Below, piece after piece: positions 29,960-39,975 of a stretch of DNA of 64,000 bases; within the stretch, counting starts at the first letter, position 1; each line of letters starts with the position of its first letter. The position numbers and the translations under genes are program-made. Source of the stretch: Candidatus Omnitrophota bacterium (lineage in GTDB: Bacteria > Omnitrophota > Gorgyraeia > Gygaellales > Profunditerraquicolaceae); the NCBI GenBank assembly GCA_016783715.1, contig JADHWA010000001.1, positions 118 through 64,117 of the forward strand, in the 5' to 3' direction. Below the pieces are notes generated by a model. That model did no database searches. It was not told the DNA's origin and saw only the letters and a program-made list of their open reading frames with translations.

Positions 29960-30510
29960 CTTTTTACCTTATGCTTTCTATCATTTTTCTCAGTGAGCGA
30001 AAATTCACAGCCACAATACTTTTGACAATAGATCCCTTCAGCCTTTGCCTGTTGGTGTGCCAGCCTGTATCCGGAACGGAAATCCTCCCAGTAAAAGGGC
30101 ACCCCTGTTTCAGCCGAGATATCCTGGCCTATCTTCTTTAAACTATCCTGGTCCTGATGAGGGCTGACTAAAAGCGTAGTCGTAAAATGGCTAAAGCCGC
30201 GCTCTAAGGCATTGAGTGCAGTCCTCTGTAACCGCAGTGACCAACAGATCAAACAACGTTCCTTCCCTTCTTTCTGATTGCCGATCGCCTGATAATACTC
30301 ATTAGGATCATATCCGGGATAGATCATCTCGGCACCGTTTATCTGGCTTAGTTTCTCCACCGCATCTCTTCTGCGCTGATACTCCTCTTGAGGATGAATA
30401 TTCGGATTGTAAAAGAACCCGGCTACCTGAAAACCCTTCTCCTTCAGGAGGTTCTGCGGCCAGATCAGACACGGTGCACAACATGTATGAATGAGTATTT
30501 TAGAGGACAT
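29956..30510 (-). CDS. queH: Epoxyqueuosine reductase QueH
   Basis: HTCCAPC, FYNPNIHP, RC..C..LRL, YCQKYCGC; near queA/tgt. Confidence 0.92.
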   Translation of the reverse strand: MSSKILIHTCCAPCLIWPQNLLKEKGFQVAGFFYNPNIHPQEEYQRRRDAVEKLSQINGAEMIYPGYDPNEYYQAIGNQKEGKERCLICWSLRLQRTALNALERGFSHFTTTLLVSPHQDQDSLKKIGQDISAETGVPFYWEDFRSGYRLAHQQAKAEGIYCQKYCGCEFSLTEKNDRKHKVKR

Positions 30511-30545
30511 AGAACTAGAGTGCTGACAGGGGTATTAAAAAAGAT

Positions 30546-31646
30546 TTACTTATCAAATAATTCCGACTGCTTCTGTTTATCTTTTAAACCGAAGTGTTCA
30601 AGGGCAAGCTTAGTCACGATTCTGCCGCGCGAGGAGCGCTTCAGGTATCCGGCCTGTAAGAGATAGGGCTCGATAGTATCAACTATAGTATCGACTTCTT
30701 CATTCAATGAGGCAGCTAATGATTCTACTCCCACCGGTCCGCCGTCATAAACCTCGATAATCGTCTTTAGAACTCTGCGGTCGCAATCATCAAAGCCGGC
30801 TTTATCAATCCCCAGCTCATCCAGGGTCCCGGAAGCAGTCTCTAAATCAACCTGGGAGAGTCTCTTTACCTGAACGTAATCTCTTACCCGCCTCAGCAGG
30901 CGATTAGCGATCCGGGGGGTGCCGCGGGAGCGATTAGCGATCTCAATTGCAGCCTGATCCCCGACCTTAAGCTCTAGTGTCTTGGCGGAATGTTTGATGA
31001 TCTGCCCCAAGTCTTCCTGCTTATAAAAATTCAAATGATAGAAGATGCCAAACCTGGCCCGCATCGGTGCGGCCAGCAACCCGCTTCTGGTAGTGGCTCC
31101 GATAAGGGTAAAGGGCTTGAGGTTAAACTTGATCGTCCTGGCAAACTGCCCTTTATCAATCACAAAATCGATCTGGAAATTCTCCATCGCCGGATACAGG
31201 AATTCCTCGACTACCTTTGAAAGCCGATGGATCTCGTCAATAAAGAGGATATCGCCTTTCTCTAGATTAGTAAGGATACCGATTAAATCCCCTGCCCGCT
31301 CGATTGCCGGGCCAGAAGTTGCGGTAATCTTGGTTCCCATCTCTTTTGCCACAATATGGGCAAGTGAAGTCTTTCCTAGCCCGGGAGGCCCTGAGAAGAG
31401 CACATGCTCCAGAGGTTCTTTTCTCTGTTTTGCCGCAGTTAGGCATACCTTAAGGTTACTAGAGACTTCCTTCTGGCCGACAAATTCAGAGAGTTTCTTC
31501 GGCCGCAGCGAAATATTCAGAACTACATCCTCTTCGGACTCCTTTTCGATATCGAGGATATCGGGCCTGTGCAGGTCGTCTTTTACCGGGGGTGCTTTCT
31601 TTACCGAGGATGCGTCAATTAGTTTGTGTCTGGTCTGGTCGCTCAT
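30546..31646 (-). CDS. ruvB: Holliday junction branch migration helicase
   Basis: LRP, GPPGLGKT, FIDEIHR, GATTR, RGTPRIANRLLRR. Confidence 0.97.
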   Translation of the reverse strand: MSDQTRHKLIDASSVKKAPPVKDDLHRPDILDIEKESEEDVVLNISLRPKKLSEFVGQKEVSSNLKVCLTAAKQRKEPLEHVLFSGPPGLGKTSLAHIVAKEMGTKITATSGPAIERAGDLIGILTNLEKGDILFIDEIHRLSKVVEEFLYPAMENFQIDFVIDKGQFARTIKFNLKPFTLIGATTRSGLLAAPMRARFGIFYHLNFYKQEDLGQIIKHSAKTLELKVGDQAAIEIANRSRGTPRIANRLLRRVRDYVQVKRLSQVDLETASGTLDELGIDKAGFDDCDRRVLKTIIEVYDGGPVGVESLAASLNEEVDTIVDTIEPYLLQAGYLKRSSRGRIVTKLALEHFGLKDKQKQSELFDK

Positions 31647-32373
31647 ATGGTATTATATTATTAATGTTGCGGGTAATCTCTATCTCTTGGAATAAATCTT
31701 TCTGTACCGCAACGATCTCCTTCATCCTGATCAACTCCAATATTGCCAGGAAAGTTACGATAATCTCCAGCTTATTCTTGGCCTGCGAGAATAATTCCGA
31801 TATTCCGATCCGTTTCCTCTCAAGCAGAAGATGCAGAACAGAATGCACTTTTTCTTCTATGGTAAATTCATCTTTAAAGACTTCGTAGAATACCTCGCGG
31901 GGAACTTCCTCTAAAGCCTTAGAGAATGCGCTGATCAGATCAAAGATACTCGCCTCAAAATAAACCTCGTCGTCTGCGCGGATCTCTTTCTTATCAACTG
32001 TCTTCGGGCGTTTGAAGACTTCCTTCTGGCCACTCTCCCGCTGGCGTAATTCTTCGGCAATCTCCTTGAATTTCTCGTACTCCAGCAGCCGCTTCACCAG
32101 TTCTGCCCGGGGATCTTCCTGCGCCTGGTCTGGCTCCTCGGTTTCGGCCGGAAGCAGCATCTTCGATTTAATCTGCATCAGAGTAGCGGCCATAACCAGG
32201 AATTCGCCGGCGATGTTTAGGTCAAGCATTTTCATCAACTCAATATACCCCATGTATTGATCGGTAATCAGGGAAATCGGGATATCATAGATATTCAGAT
32301 GATCCTTCTTTACCAGGTATAGCAATAAATCAAGCGGCCCCTCAAAAATATCCAGTTTTATCTTATAAGTCAT
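31615..32373 (-). CDS. scpA: Segregation/condensation protein A
   Basis: FEGPLDLLL, MAATL..IKS.MLLP, FLAILEL. Confidence 0.95.
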   Translation of the reverse strand: MTYKIKLDIFEGPLDLLLYLVKKDHLNIYDIPISLITDQYMGYIELMKMLDLNIAGEFLVMAATLMQIKSKMLLPAETEEPDQAQEDPRAELVKRLLEYEKFKEIAEELRQRESGQKEVFKRPKTVDKKEIRADDEVYFEASIFDLISAFSKALEEVPREVFYEVFKDEFTIEEKVHSVLHLLLERKRIGISELFSQAKNKLEIIVTFLAILELIRMKEIVAVQKDLFQEIEITRNINNIIPYERPDQTQTN

Positions 32374-32375
32374 CT

Positions 32376-33356
32376 TTATATATTGATAAGTTTCTTAACC
32401 TCCGACATGGTTTTTTCTGCGATAACTGATGCCTTTTTTGCGCCTTGGTCTAAAATATCGTCTAACTTTAGCTTATCCTTGAGGAGTTCTTTTCTCTTCT
32501 TCTGGATCGGCTCTAAGAATCTAATTAACTCCTGCGCCAGTTCTTTCTTGCAATCCGTACATCCAAGCGATGCCTCCCTGCACCCCTGGGCGATTTCTTT
32601 TGATCTTCCGGGAGCAAAGACAGTATAGTAGCTGTGCAGGTTACACTTTTCGGGGTGGCCGGGATCGTTGCGTCTGACCCTGGCAGGATCGGTAAACATC
32701 TTCTGAATCTTGACACGGATATCCTCGGGAGATTCTGAGATTGCTATTGTGTTATTATAACTCTTGCTCATCTTGCGGCCGTCGGTCCCCAGTAACTTTG
32801 AAGACTTAGTCAGCACCGCCTCCGGATCAGGAAATACCTTCTCTTTATAGAGATTGTTGAATTTTCTGGCGATCTCCCTGGTCAGTTCCAGATGAGGAAG
32901 CTGGTCACCGCCGACGGGAACCGCCTGCGCCTTATAGACCAGGATATCGGCAGCCTGCAATACCGGATACCCCAGAAAACCGTAAGTACTAAGATCGCGC
33001 CCCTTGACCTCCCGTAACTGCTCCTTATAAGTAGGGCAGCGTTCAAGCCAGCCTAAAGGTGTGATTATCGATAGAACCGCATAAAGCTCGAGGTGCTCTT
33101 TGACCCTGGATTGAATAAAAATGGTGGATTTTTGGGGGGAGATGCCGCAGGCCAGCCAATCAATGACGTTATCACGCACATTTTCCCCGAGATCCTTGGG
33201 GGACTCATACTCTGACATAAGTGCATGCCAATCCGCAACCATAAAAAGGCAATCATACTTATCCTGCAACTCGACCCAGTTCCCCAATGCTCCCACCAGA
33301 TGACCCAGGTGTAGTTTACCTGTGGGACGCATTCCGCTTAATATACGCTTTTTCAT
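32376..33356 (-). CDS. trpS: Tryptophan--tRNA ligase
   Basis: SGMRPTG.LHLGH, YPVLQAADI, GGDQ, KMSKS. Confidence 0.97.
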   Translation of the reverse strand: MKKRILSGMRPTGKLHLGHLVGALGNWVELQDKYDCLFMVADWHALMSEYESPKDLGENVRDNVIDWLACGISPQKSTIFIQSRVKEHLELYAVLSIITPLGWLERCPTYKEQLREVKGRDLSTYGFLGYPVLQAADILVYKAQAVPVGGDQLPHLELTREIARKFNNLYKEKVFPDPEAVLTKSSKLLGTDGRKMSKSYNNTIAISESPEDIRVKIQKMFTDPARVRRNDPGHPEKCNLHSYYTVFAPGRSKEIAQGCREASLGCTDCKKELAQELIRFLEPIQKKRKELLKDKLKLDDILDQGAKKASVIAEKTMSEVKKLINI

Positions 33357-33357
33357 T

Positions 33358-35478
33358 TTATAACTTTCTGGCTATCTTTTCGATCTCGAAAGCCTCGATT
33401 ATATCCGACTGCTGAAGGCTCTCAAATCCTTTTAAGGTAATCCCGCACTCGAACCCCTCAGCTACCTCCCTTACATCATCCTTAAAGCGTTTGAGGTTTA
33501 GGATATTGCCTTCGTAGAGGACTTCGCCGTTTCTCACCAAGTTTACCGTCGCACTTCGGGCAATCTTACCCTTAGTAACAAAACAGCCGGCCACTGCTCC
33601 GGAGCGTGATAAATTAAAGACTTTTCTGATCTCGGCTCTCCCTAAGAAATTTTTCTTTATGGTTGGTTCCAGCATCCCCTCCAGCGCTGCCTTAATCTCT
33701 CTAGAGAGCTCATAGATAACATTGTATATGCGCACCTCTACACCTTCTTTTACTGAAAGCTCCTTGGCCAATTCATCCTGTTTAATATTAAAGCCTAGGA
33801 CAAGAGCATCTGAAGCAGCCGCCAGGATCACGTCCGAAGAATTAATATTTCCTACACCTTCATGGATAATGGTGAGTTTTATCTCGGAATCCTTAACCTT
33901 GGTGAAGGTATCTTTGATTGCCTCCAGGGACCCCTGGACATCGGCCTTAATGATCAACTTTAACTCCTTGATCTTCCCTTCTTTAATACTACTATATAAG
34001 CCCTCCAGGCCAATATGCTTGATCTCTTTGACCTGAAGCTGCTTTTCTTTCTCCTGGCGTATTAGAGAGATATCTTTTGCCTGCCTGTCATCGTCAAATA
34101 CAAAAAACTGCTCCCCGGCAGCAGGAATTCCCGAAAGGCCTGCTATCTCTACCGGATATGAAGGCGGGGCAACTTCTACGGCGGCTCCATGGTCATTAAA
34201 CATCCCGCGAATCTTGCCGTAAAATTTACCGATTAAGATATTATCGTTGAGCCGCAGGGTCCCATTCTGGACTAATAATGTAGCAACCGGACCGCGGCCC
34301 TTAGACATCCTAGCTTCGATCACGATCCCCTTGGCCAATCGATCAGGATTGGCTTTGAGCTCAAGCATCTGGGCCTCTAAGAGAATCATCTCCAGGAGAG
34401 TATCGATACCCTCGCCGGTCTTTGCCGAAACCCCGACGATGATAGTCTTTCCTCCCCAGTCCTCTGCCAGGAGATCCATTGAGGATAACTGTTTCTTTAC
34501 CCGGTCCAGGTCTGCCTGGGGTTTATCAATCTTATTTATGGCAATAATAATTGAAACACCTGCGGCGCGGGCATGATCAATCGCCTCTTTAGTCTGAGGC
34601 ATAATACCGTCATCAGCTGCCACAACCAATACCACCATGTCGGTAACGCTGGCTCCCCGGGCACGCATAGCAGTGAATGCCTCATGACCCGGAGTATCCA
34701 AAAATGTGATCTCACCGCCGGACAGATTCACTCGATATGCACCGATATGCTGAGTTATCCCGCCGTGCTCTTCATCAACTACCTTTGATTTACGGATAAC
34801 ATCTAAAAGCGAGGTCTTCCCATGATCAACATGCCCCATAAAGGTCACTATCGGCGGCCGGGATATCAGCTGCTTAGGGGTATCCTCCTGCTGATGCAGT
34901 TTTAATGCCTGCTCTTCCTGATCAGGGGCTTTTTTAATCTCAAAACCCAGTTTTTCCCCCAGCATAAGCAAGACAGATTCTTCTAATCTCTGGTTTATGG
35001 CAGCCATCACCTTCATCCCCATAAGCATTTTGATCAGATTTGAAGGCTTCTCCTGCAATTTGACTGCCAGGTCTTTTACCGTAACCGGAAAATTTATCTC
35101 TAACTCTTTTAAATCCTTTTTCTTTTCCGCAGGGGCTCCAACAGTTACCTTTGGCTGCTCCTGGACGACTGGTTCCGGCTTCTGCTTCTTAAGGGCAACG
35201 GAGGCGGCCGGTTTAATGATCTTCTCTTCTACTGTGCCCTGCGGCGCAACTGGTACAACAGGGGCCTTTTGTTTCTTGGGAGCCGGTTTTGTTATCTTGG
35301 CCCTGGTTTTCTTAGGAGCCCCGGTCTTAGCTGTCGGCTTTGCGTGAACCTGGGTACTAGTTTTAGCCGCCGAAGAAGCCTTAGAAACCGGCTTAGCGCG
35401 CTTAAGTTTAACAGCGCTTGCCTTTGCCTTAGGCTTCTTTACTGATGCCTTTTTTTCCTTCTTAGGTTTTGTAACCAT
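33358..35478 (-). CDS. infB: Translation initiation factor IF-2
   Basis: GHVDHGKT, DTPGH, NKID; K/A/P-rich N-terminus. Confidence 0.98.
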   Translation of the reverse strand: MVTKPKKEKKASVKKPKAKASAVKLKRAKPVSKASSAAKTSTQVHAKPTAKTGAPKKTRAKITKPAPKKQKAPVVPVAPQGTVEEKIIKPAASVALKKQKPEPVVQEQPKVTVGAPAEKKKDLKELEINFPVTVKDLAVKLQEKPSNLIKMLMGMKVMAAINQRLEESVLLMLGEKLGFEIKKAPDQEEQALKLHQQEDTPKQLISRPPIVTFMGHVDHGKTSLLDVIRKSKVVDEEHGGITQHIGAYRVNLSGGEITFLDTPGHEAFTAMRARGASVTDMVVLVVAADDGIMPQTKEAIDHARAAGVSIIIAINKIDKPQADLDRVKKQLSSMDLLAEDWGGKTIIVGVSAKTGEGIDTLLEMILLEAQMLELKANPDRLAKGIVIEARMSKGRGPVATLLVQNGTLRLNDNILIGKFYGKIRGMFNDHGAAVEVAPPSYPVEIAGLSGIPAAGEQFFVFDDDRQAKDISLIRQEKEKQLQVKEIKHIGLEGLYSSIKEGKIKELKLIIKADVQGSLEAIKDTFTKVKDSEIKLTIIHEGVGNINSSDVILAAASDALVLGFNIKQDELAKELSVKEGVEVRIYNVIYELSREIKAALEGMLEPTIKKNFLGRAEIRKVFNLSRSGAVAGCFVTKGKIARSATVNLVRNGEVLYEGNILNLKRFKDDVREVAEGFECGITLKGFESLQQSDIIEAFEIEKIARKL

Positions 35479-35502
35479 AAACTCCCTCTGGTTGCAATTT
35501 GT

Positions 35503-36756
35503 CTATTTTTTAAAATCCTGGATTAATTTCTCCGCCTTCTTCTTACCGATTCCCTTGACCTTAACTAAACCCTCGACTCCGGCATCGAGGATATCCTTCA
35601 CACTATTAAAACCTGCCTCTTTCAGATTTTCAAGGGTTTTTTCGCCGACCCCGGAGAGACCCTCCAGAGAGTCAGCTTTGCTTGCGGGTTTCTTCGGTTT
35701 GGCCTGAGCCCCTTCTGCTGTCTTTTTCTTTTTAGTCTTCTGGGCCTTCTTCTCCTTGGGGCCTTCTGCCTCTGTCGCCACTTCTTCTTCTGCCTCTTTG
35801 GCAGGAGGCGTTTTTGTACGAATATCCAATTCCCAGCCGATTAGCCTTGAGGCCAGGCGGACATTCTGGCCGTGCTTTCCTATCGCCAATGAAAGCTGAT
35901 CATCATCAACGATTACCTCCGCCTTCTGCTTCTCCTTTTCCATTTTTATCTCGGAGATCTTTGCCGGCGAAAGCGCTGCCTTGATATATTCACGGATATC
36001 TTCATTGTAGCGCACGATATCAATCTTCTCTCCCTGGATCTCATTAACGATATTCCTGACACGGTTACCGCGCATGCCGACACATGCCCCTACCGAATCG
36101 ACCTTATCGTTCTTGGAAGAGACAGCGATCTTTGTCCTTTCTCCTGCTTGCCGTGCGACCGCTCTTATCTCGACAATGCCTTCGTAAATTTCAGGAACCT
36201 CCAGCTCAAATAACTTCTTTATCAGGTTGGGATGGGTTCGCGAGAGGATAATCTGTGCGCCCTTTGATTCTTTCTTAACCTCTAAAACGAATGCCCGGAT
36301 ACGCTGACCCTGCTTGTAATCCTCCTTAGGAGATTGTTCTCTGCGCAGAAGCAACCCTTCTGCTTTGCCTAAGAGGTCTATAACGATATTCCCCTTCTCA
36401 AAACGATAGACCACGCCCGAGACAATCTCCCCGACCTTTCCCTGAAAGTCGTTAAAAATGATCTCCTTCTCGGCTTCACGGATCTTCTGAATAATCACCT
36501 GCCTGGCGGTAGAGGCTGCGATCCTGCCGAAATCAATCGAGTCAACTTCTCGCCTATTCTCACCATTTTCTACATAGGCATGGATCTTTCCGCTATTACG
36601 ATCCAGGCTGACACTCAGATCCTCACCCGGTTTGACGTCTATGACTTTACGTGCCGCGCTTAAAACCGCGGCCTCTACGGTCTCAACCAAGACCTCTTTC
36701 TTTATCCCTTTTTCCCTCTCCATCTGCTCAAGTATTGCTAATAATTCCTGGCTCAT
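35503..36756 (-). CDS. nusA: Transcription termination/antitermination factor NusA
   Basis: FGRIAA, FELEVPEI, GACVG, AIGKHGQN; C-terminal HhH repeats. Confidence 0.97.
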   Translation of the reverse strand: MSQELLAILEQMEREKGIKKEVLVETVEAAVLSAARKVIDVKPGEDLSVSLDRNSGKIHAYVENGENRREVDSIDFGRIAASTARQVIIQKIREAEKEIIFNDFQGKVGEIVSGVVYRFEKGNIVIDLLGKAEGLLLRREQSPKEDYKQGQRIRAFVLEVKKESKGAQIILSRTHPNLIKKLFELEVPEIYEGIVEIRAVARQAGERTKIAVSSKNDKVDSVGACVGMRGNRVRNIVNEIQGEKIDIVRYNEDIREYIKAALSPAKISEIKMEKEKQKAEVIVDDDQLSLAIGKHGQNVRLASRLIGWELDIRTKTPPAKEAEEEVATEAEGPKEKKAQKTKKKKTAEGAQAKPKKPASKADSLEGLSGVGEKTLENLKEAGFNSVKDILDAGVEGLVKVKGIGKKKAEKLIQDFKK

Positions 36757-36789
36757 TTGATCACCACTCTCTTTCTTGGATACAATTTC

Positions 36790-37248
36790 TTAAATTTCCC
36801 GTTTTGCCTTGTTAATCTTCGATAAAGGTACCTCTAACTTAATCTCCCCCGCATCAACAAGAACTCTCTGGTCTTCTACTCCTTGAATCTGGCCTGCCCA
36901 CTCTAATTTGCCCTCTAAGGGCTCACTTAGAAAGAACCTCACCCGCTTATTAATACAGCGCGCGAAATCCTCTTTTCTTTTTAAGGGGCGATCGATACCG
37001 GGTGAGGAAACCTCTAAAAGATAACTTCTATCTAAACAATCGCTAAGATCTAGAATCTTGCCGATCTCCTGATTCAGTAAAGCACACTCCCCCAGATTTA
37101 TGCCTCCCCCGGGCCTATCTACAAGAATCCTTAAGACCAGATTATTGCCTTCCTGATGATGGGTCAACTCTATTAACTCCAGGGCCTGCCCAGAAAGATA
37201 CTCTCCGATAATATTCTCTAGTTTTGCGGAAATTTCATATCTATCCAT
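36790..37248 (-). CDS. rimP: Ribosome maturation factor RimP
   Basis: LEVSSPGIDRPL; upstream of nusA; start ATG 37248 with AGGAG. Confidence 0.93.
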   Translation of the reverse strand: MDRYEISAKLENIIGEYLSGQALELIELTHHQEGNNLVLRILVDRPGGGINLGECALLNQEIGKILDLSDCLDRSYLLEVSSPGIDRPLKRKEDFARCINKRVRFFLSEPLEGKLEWAGQIQGVEDQRVLVDAGEIKLEVPLSKINKAKREI

Positions 37249-37260
37249 TAGAACTCCTTC

Positions 37261-37338
37261 AATGAACACATAACTTAGCGAGTAATAGCGAAGCTAAGTT
37301 ATAAGTGTGAATTGAATCCGCCAGGCTTTGTGGCGGAT
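37261..37338. repeat. ATGA-hairpin-GAAT cassette plus ATCCGCCA...TGGCGGAT module overlapping the proS 3' end
   Basis: 37262-37312 is highly similar to 53559-53609; hairpin 37316-37338. Confidence 0.85.
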
Positions 37339-38567
37339 AAATGTTTTAATAAATTTTCTTTCTTATCGATAAGTTTTTTGCCTGTGCGGCGCGCCTTTAA
37401 TTCCAGCTTGCCTGTTTCTAAAAAATCTTTCCCGATAATTACCTGATATGTAATACCTGAAAGGTCGGCATCCTTGAATTTGACTCCGGCGCGCTCATCA
37501 CGGTCATCCAGAAGAACACTTACTCCATCCCTCCGGAGCACTCCGTAGGACTCCTCTGCCTGCTTAATAATTAAGCTATTTGTTACATCCAGAGGCAGAA
37601 TTAGCACCTGGTAGGGGCTGACTTCCGGCGGCCAAATGATCCCGTTTTGGTCATGATTCTGCTCGATCGCCGCCGATATTATCCTTGATACCCCGATCCC
37701 GTAACAACCCATTATAATCGGTTTCTTACTTCCTTTGGCGTCTAAGAATTCGGCATTTAGAACACTGCTGTACTTAGTCCCTAATTTAAATATGTGACCG
37801 ACCTCCAGCGTATTAGTCTTTTTTAATTCCCCTTTGCACTTGGTGCATTTATTGGCTTGTTTCTGGTCGCAGGGAAAAGCTGAATTACACCCCGGACAAT
37901 ACATTAGGGCATCCTCTCCGAAACCGGCCGGGACCATGAATTCGTGAGAGACGCTACCCCCCATTACCCCGGGATCTGCTTCTACGCAGAGACAATCCAG
38001 GCCGCATCGGCTGAATATCCTCTTATAAGCCTCTAACATCAAATTGTAGTTTTTATCTAGCCCCTTCTGATCCTGATCAAAGCTATATGCATCCTTCATA
38101 ATAAACTCGCAGCTTCTGACTAAACCAAATCTCGGCCTGATCTCATCGCGGAACTTGGTCTGTATCTGATACAACAGCAGAGGCAGCTGTTTATAGGAAG
38201 AGATATGGCTCTTTACCAACTCGGTAATAACTTCCTCATGGGTAGGCCCCAGGCAAATTTTGCGGCCCTTGCGGTCGGTAAAACGAATCATCACCTCTCC
38301 CATGTCCTTATCGCGCCCACTCTTCTGCCATAACTCCTGAGGCTGCAGCGCAGGAAGCAGAACCTGCGCGGCACCGCTATTATCCATCTCCTCACGGATA
38401 ATCCTAGTGATATTCTCCAGGACCCGCCAGCCCAAAGGTAGGTATGAATAAACTCCTGCCATGAGCATACGGATTAGACCGGAGCGCAGCAAGAGCTTTT
38501 GACTAACCGACTCTGCCTCTTGCGGTGTCTCTCTAAGTGTAGGAATAAATGTCTTTGACCAGTACAT
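37299..38567 (-). CDS. proS: Proline--tRNA ligase, short form without INS editing domain
   Basis: GPTHEE, FRDEIRPRFG, EVGHIF.LGTKYS, MGCYGIG; 422 aa. Confidence 0.96.
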   Translation of the reverse strand: MYWSKTFIPTLRETPQEAESVSQKLLLRSGLIRMLMAGVYSYLPLGWRVLENITRIIREEMDNSGAAQVLLPALQPQELWQKSGRDKDMGEVMIRFTDRKGRKICLGPTHEEVITELVKSHISSYKQLPLLLYQIQTKFRDEIRPRFGLVRSCEFIMKDAYSFDQDQKGLDKNYNLMLEAYKRIFSRCGLDCLCVEADPGVMGGSVSHEFMVPAGFGEDALMYCPGCNSAFPCDQKQANKCTKCKGELKKTNTLEVGHIFKLGTKYSSVLNAEFLDAKGSKKPIIMGCYGIGVSRIISAAIEQNHDQNGIIWPPEVSPYQVLILPLDVTNSLIIKQAEESYGVLRRDGVSVLLDDRDERAGVKFKDADLSGITYQVIIGKDFLETGKLELKARRTGKKLIDKKENLLKHLSATKPGGFNSHL

Positions 38568-38614
38568 ATTTTAATTGAAGCTCTCAAAAAATTCTTAAAC
38601 CTACAGAGCTTTCT

Positions 38615-38698
38615 GATTACACAGATTAGAGTTAGATTACACAGATTAAACCTTTGATGAATTAATCTGTGTAATCGGTTTCTCTTAATCTTTTAATC
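38615..38698. repeat. GATTACACAGATT / AATCTGTGTAATC palindromic repeat
   Basis: Two forward copies, one exact and one degenerate reverse copy. Confidence 0.85.
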
Positions 38699-38711
38699 AT
38701 ATGATTTTTTA

Positions 38712-39974
38712 TTAATCCTTATTAAAAATCTCTTTCGGCAGGGCCACGCCGGCTTTTTTTAGCATTGGGTAAAAACAAGGTACTATTCCCGTAGCCTTCC
38801 AGCGCCCGCGCACTTTTCCGCTCTGCTCAACATCTTCAATATCATAGTAAAAAATATCCTCTAATACCGCCCGACCGTTGGCCAGCCCGTTTACCTGGGC
38901 GATATGGGTAATTTTTCTTGTACCATCCACTAATTGATCCTGCTGAATCAGGATATTTACCGCCGCAGCAACCTGGCGGTGTATCGCATCCAGCCCTATG
39001 GGGACACCGGATGTCAGAATCATAGTCTCTATACGATAAATCACATCCTCCGGGGTATTGGCGTGAATAACCGCCAGGGAACCGGTGTGCCCGGAACAGA
39101 TCGCCTGAAGCATATCCAGGGCCTCGCCACCTCTGATTTCACCCAGGATGATTCGCTGCGGCCGCATACGCAAAGAATTCCTAAAGAGATCGCGGGTCGT
39201 GACCTCTCCTTTGCCTTCGATATTCGGCTGGCGAGTCTCCAGCCTTACGACGTGCTCCTGGAATAAGTGCAACTCCGCAGTATCCTCAATGGTAATAATA
39301 CGCTCCTGGTTATGGATATAGGTAGAAAGCACCCCCAAAGTTGTCGTCTTTCCGGAACCGGTGGCACCGCCTATAACAATATTCATCTTTGCCTTCATGC
39401 AGGCGATCAGAAAATCTGCCATACGCTTATCCAGGGTGCCGACCTTAAGCAGATCCTCCACCTTCTTGATAGTTTCTAAGAATTTCCTGATTGTCACTGT
39501 CACCCCGTCTAAGGCCAGGGGTGGAATTATTATATTTACGCGTGAGCCGTCTTTCAGGGAGACATCGGTAAAAGGAAAAAACTCATCGACGTGGCGGCGG
39601 GTAGGCATAAGGATCTTATCAACCAGGTGCCTAAGCTGATCCTCGCTCTCAAAGGTGGCTTTGCTTAGCTGCTTATGGCCGTCTTTTTCAATAAAAATCT
39701 TCTTTGCGCCATTGATCATGATTTCGGTAATCGTTGGGTCATTTAAGAGATCCTCGATCGGCCCAAACCCGATAAATTCGACTAAGAACTCATTCATCAA
39801 CGCCTGCCTGTCATTCAACGGGACAAGGATATTCTCATCCTGGGCAAGATCGTCGAATATCTCACTAAAGGCTCTTCTTAATTCACCCTCATCGAACTTT
39901 CCCTGCTGAGAAAATAATCCGCGGTAATCGGTTATTAACTTTTTCTTGATCTTCTCTTTGAGCTTTTTATCCAT
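38712..39974 (-). CDS. cpaF: CpaF/TadA family pilus assembly ATPase
   Basis: GATGSGKTT, TIEDTAEL, LRMRP.RIILGEIRG.EA, GH.GS. Confidence 0.9.
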   Translation of the reverse strand: MDKKLKEKIKKKLITDYRGLFSQQGKFDEGELRRAFSEIFDDLAQDENILVPLNDRQALMNEFLVEFIGFGPIEDLLNDPTITEIMINGAKKIFIEKDGHKQLSKATFESEDQLRHLVDKILMPTRRHVDEFFPFTDVSLKDGSRVNIIIPPLALDGVTVTIRKFLETIKKVEDLLKVGTLDKRMADFLIACMKAKMNIVIGGATGSGKTTTLGVLSTYIHNQERIITIEDTAELHLFQEHVVRLETRQPNIEGKGEVTTRDLFRNSLRMRPQRIILGEIRGGEALDMLQAICSGHTGSLAVIHANTPEDVIYRIETMILTSGVPIGLDAIHRQVAAAVNILIQQDQLVDGTRKITHIAQVNGLANGRAVLEDIFYYDIEDVEQSGKVRGRWKATGIVPCFYPMLKKAGVALPKEIFNKD

Positions 39975-39975
39975 C

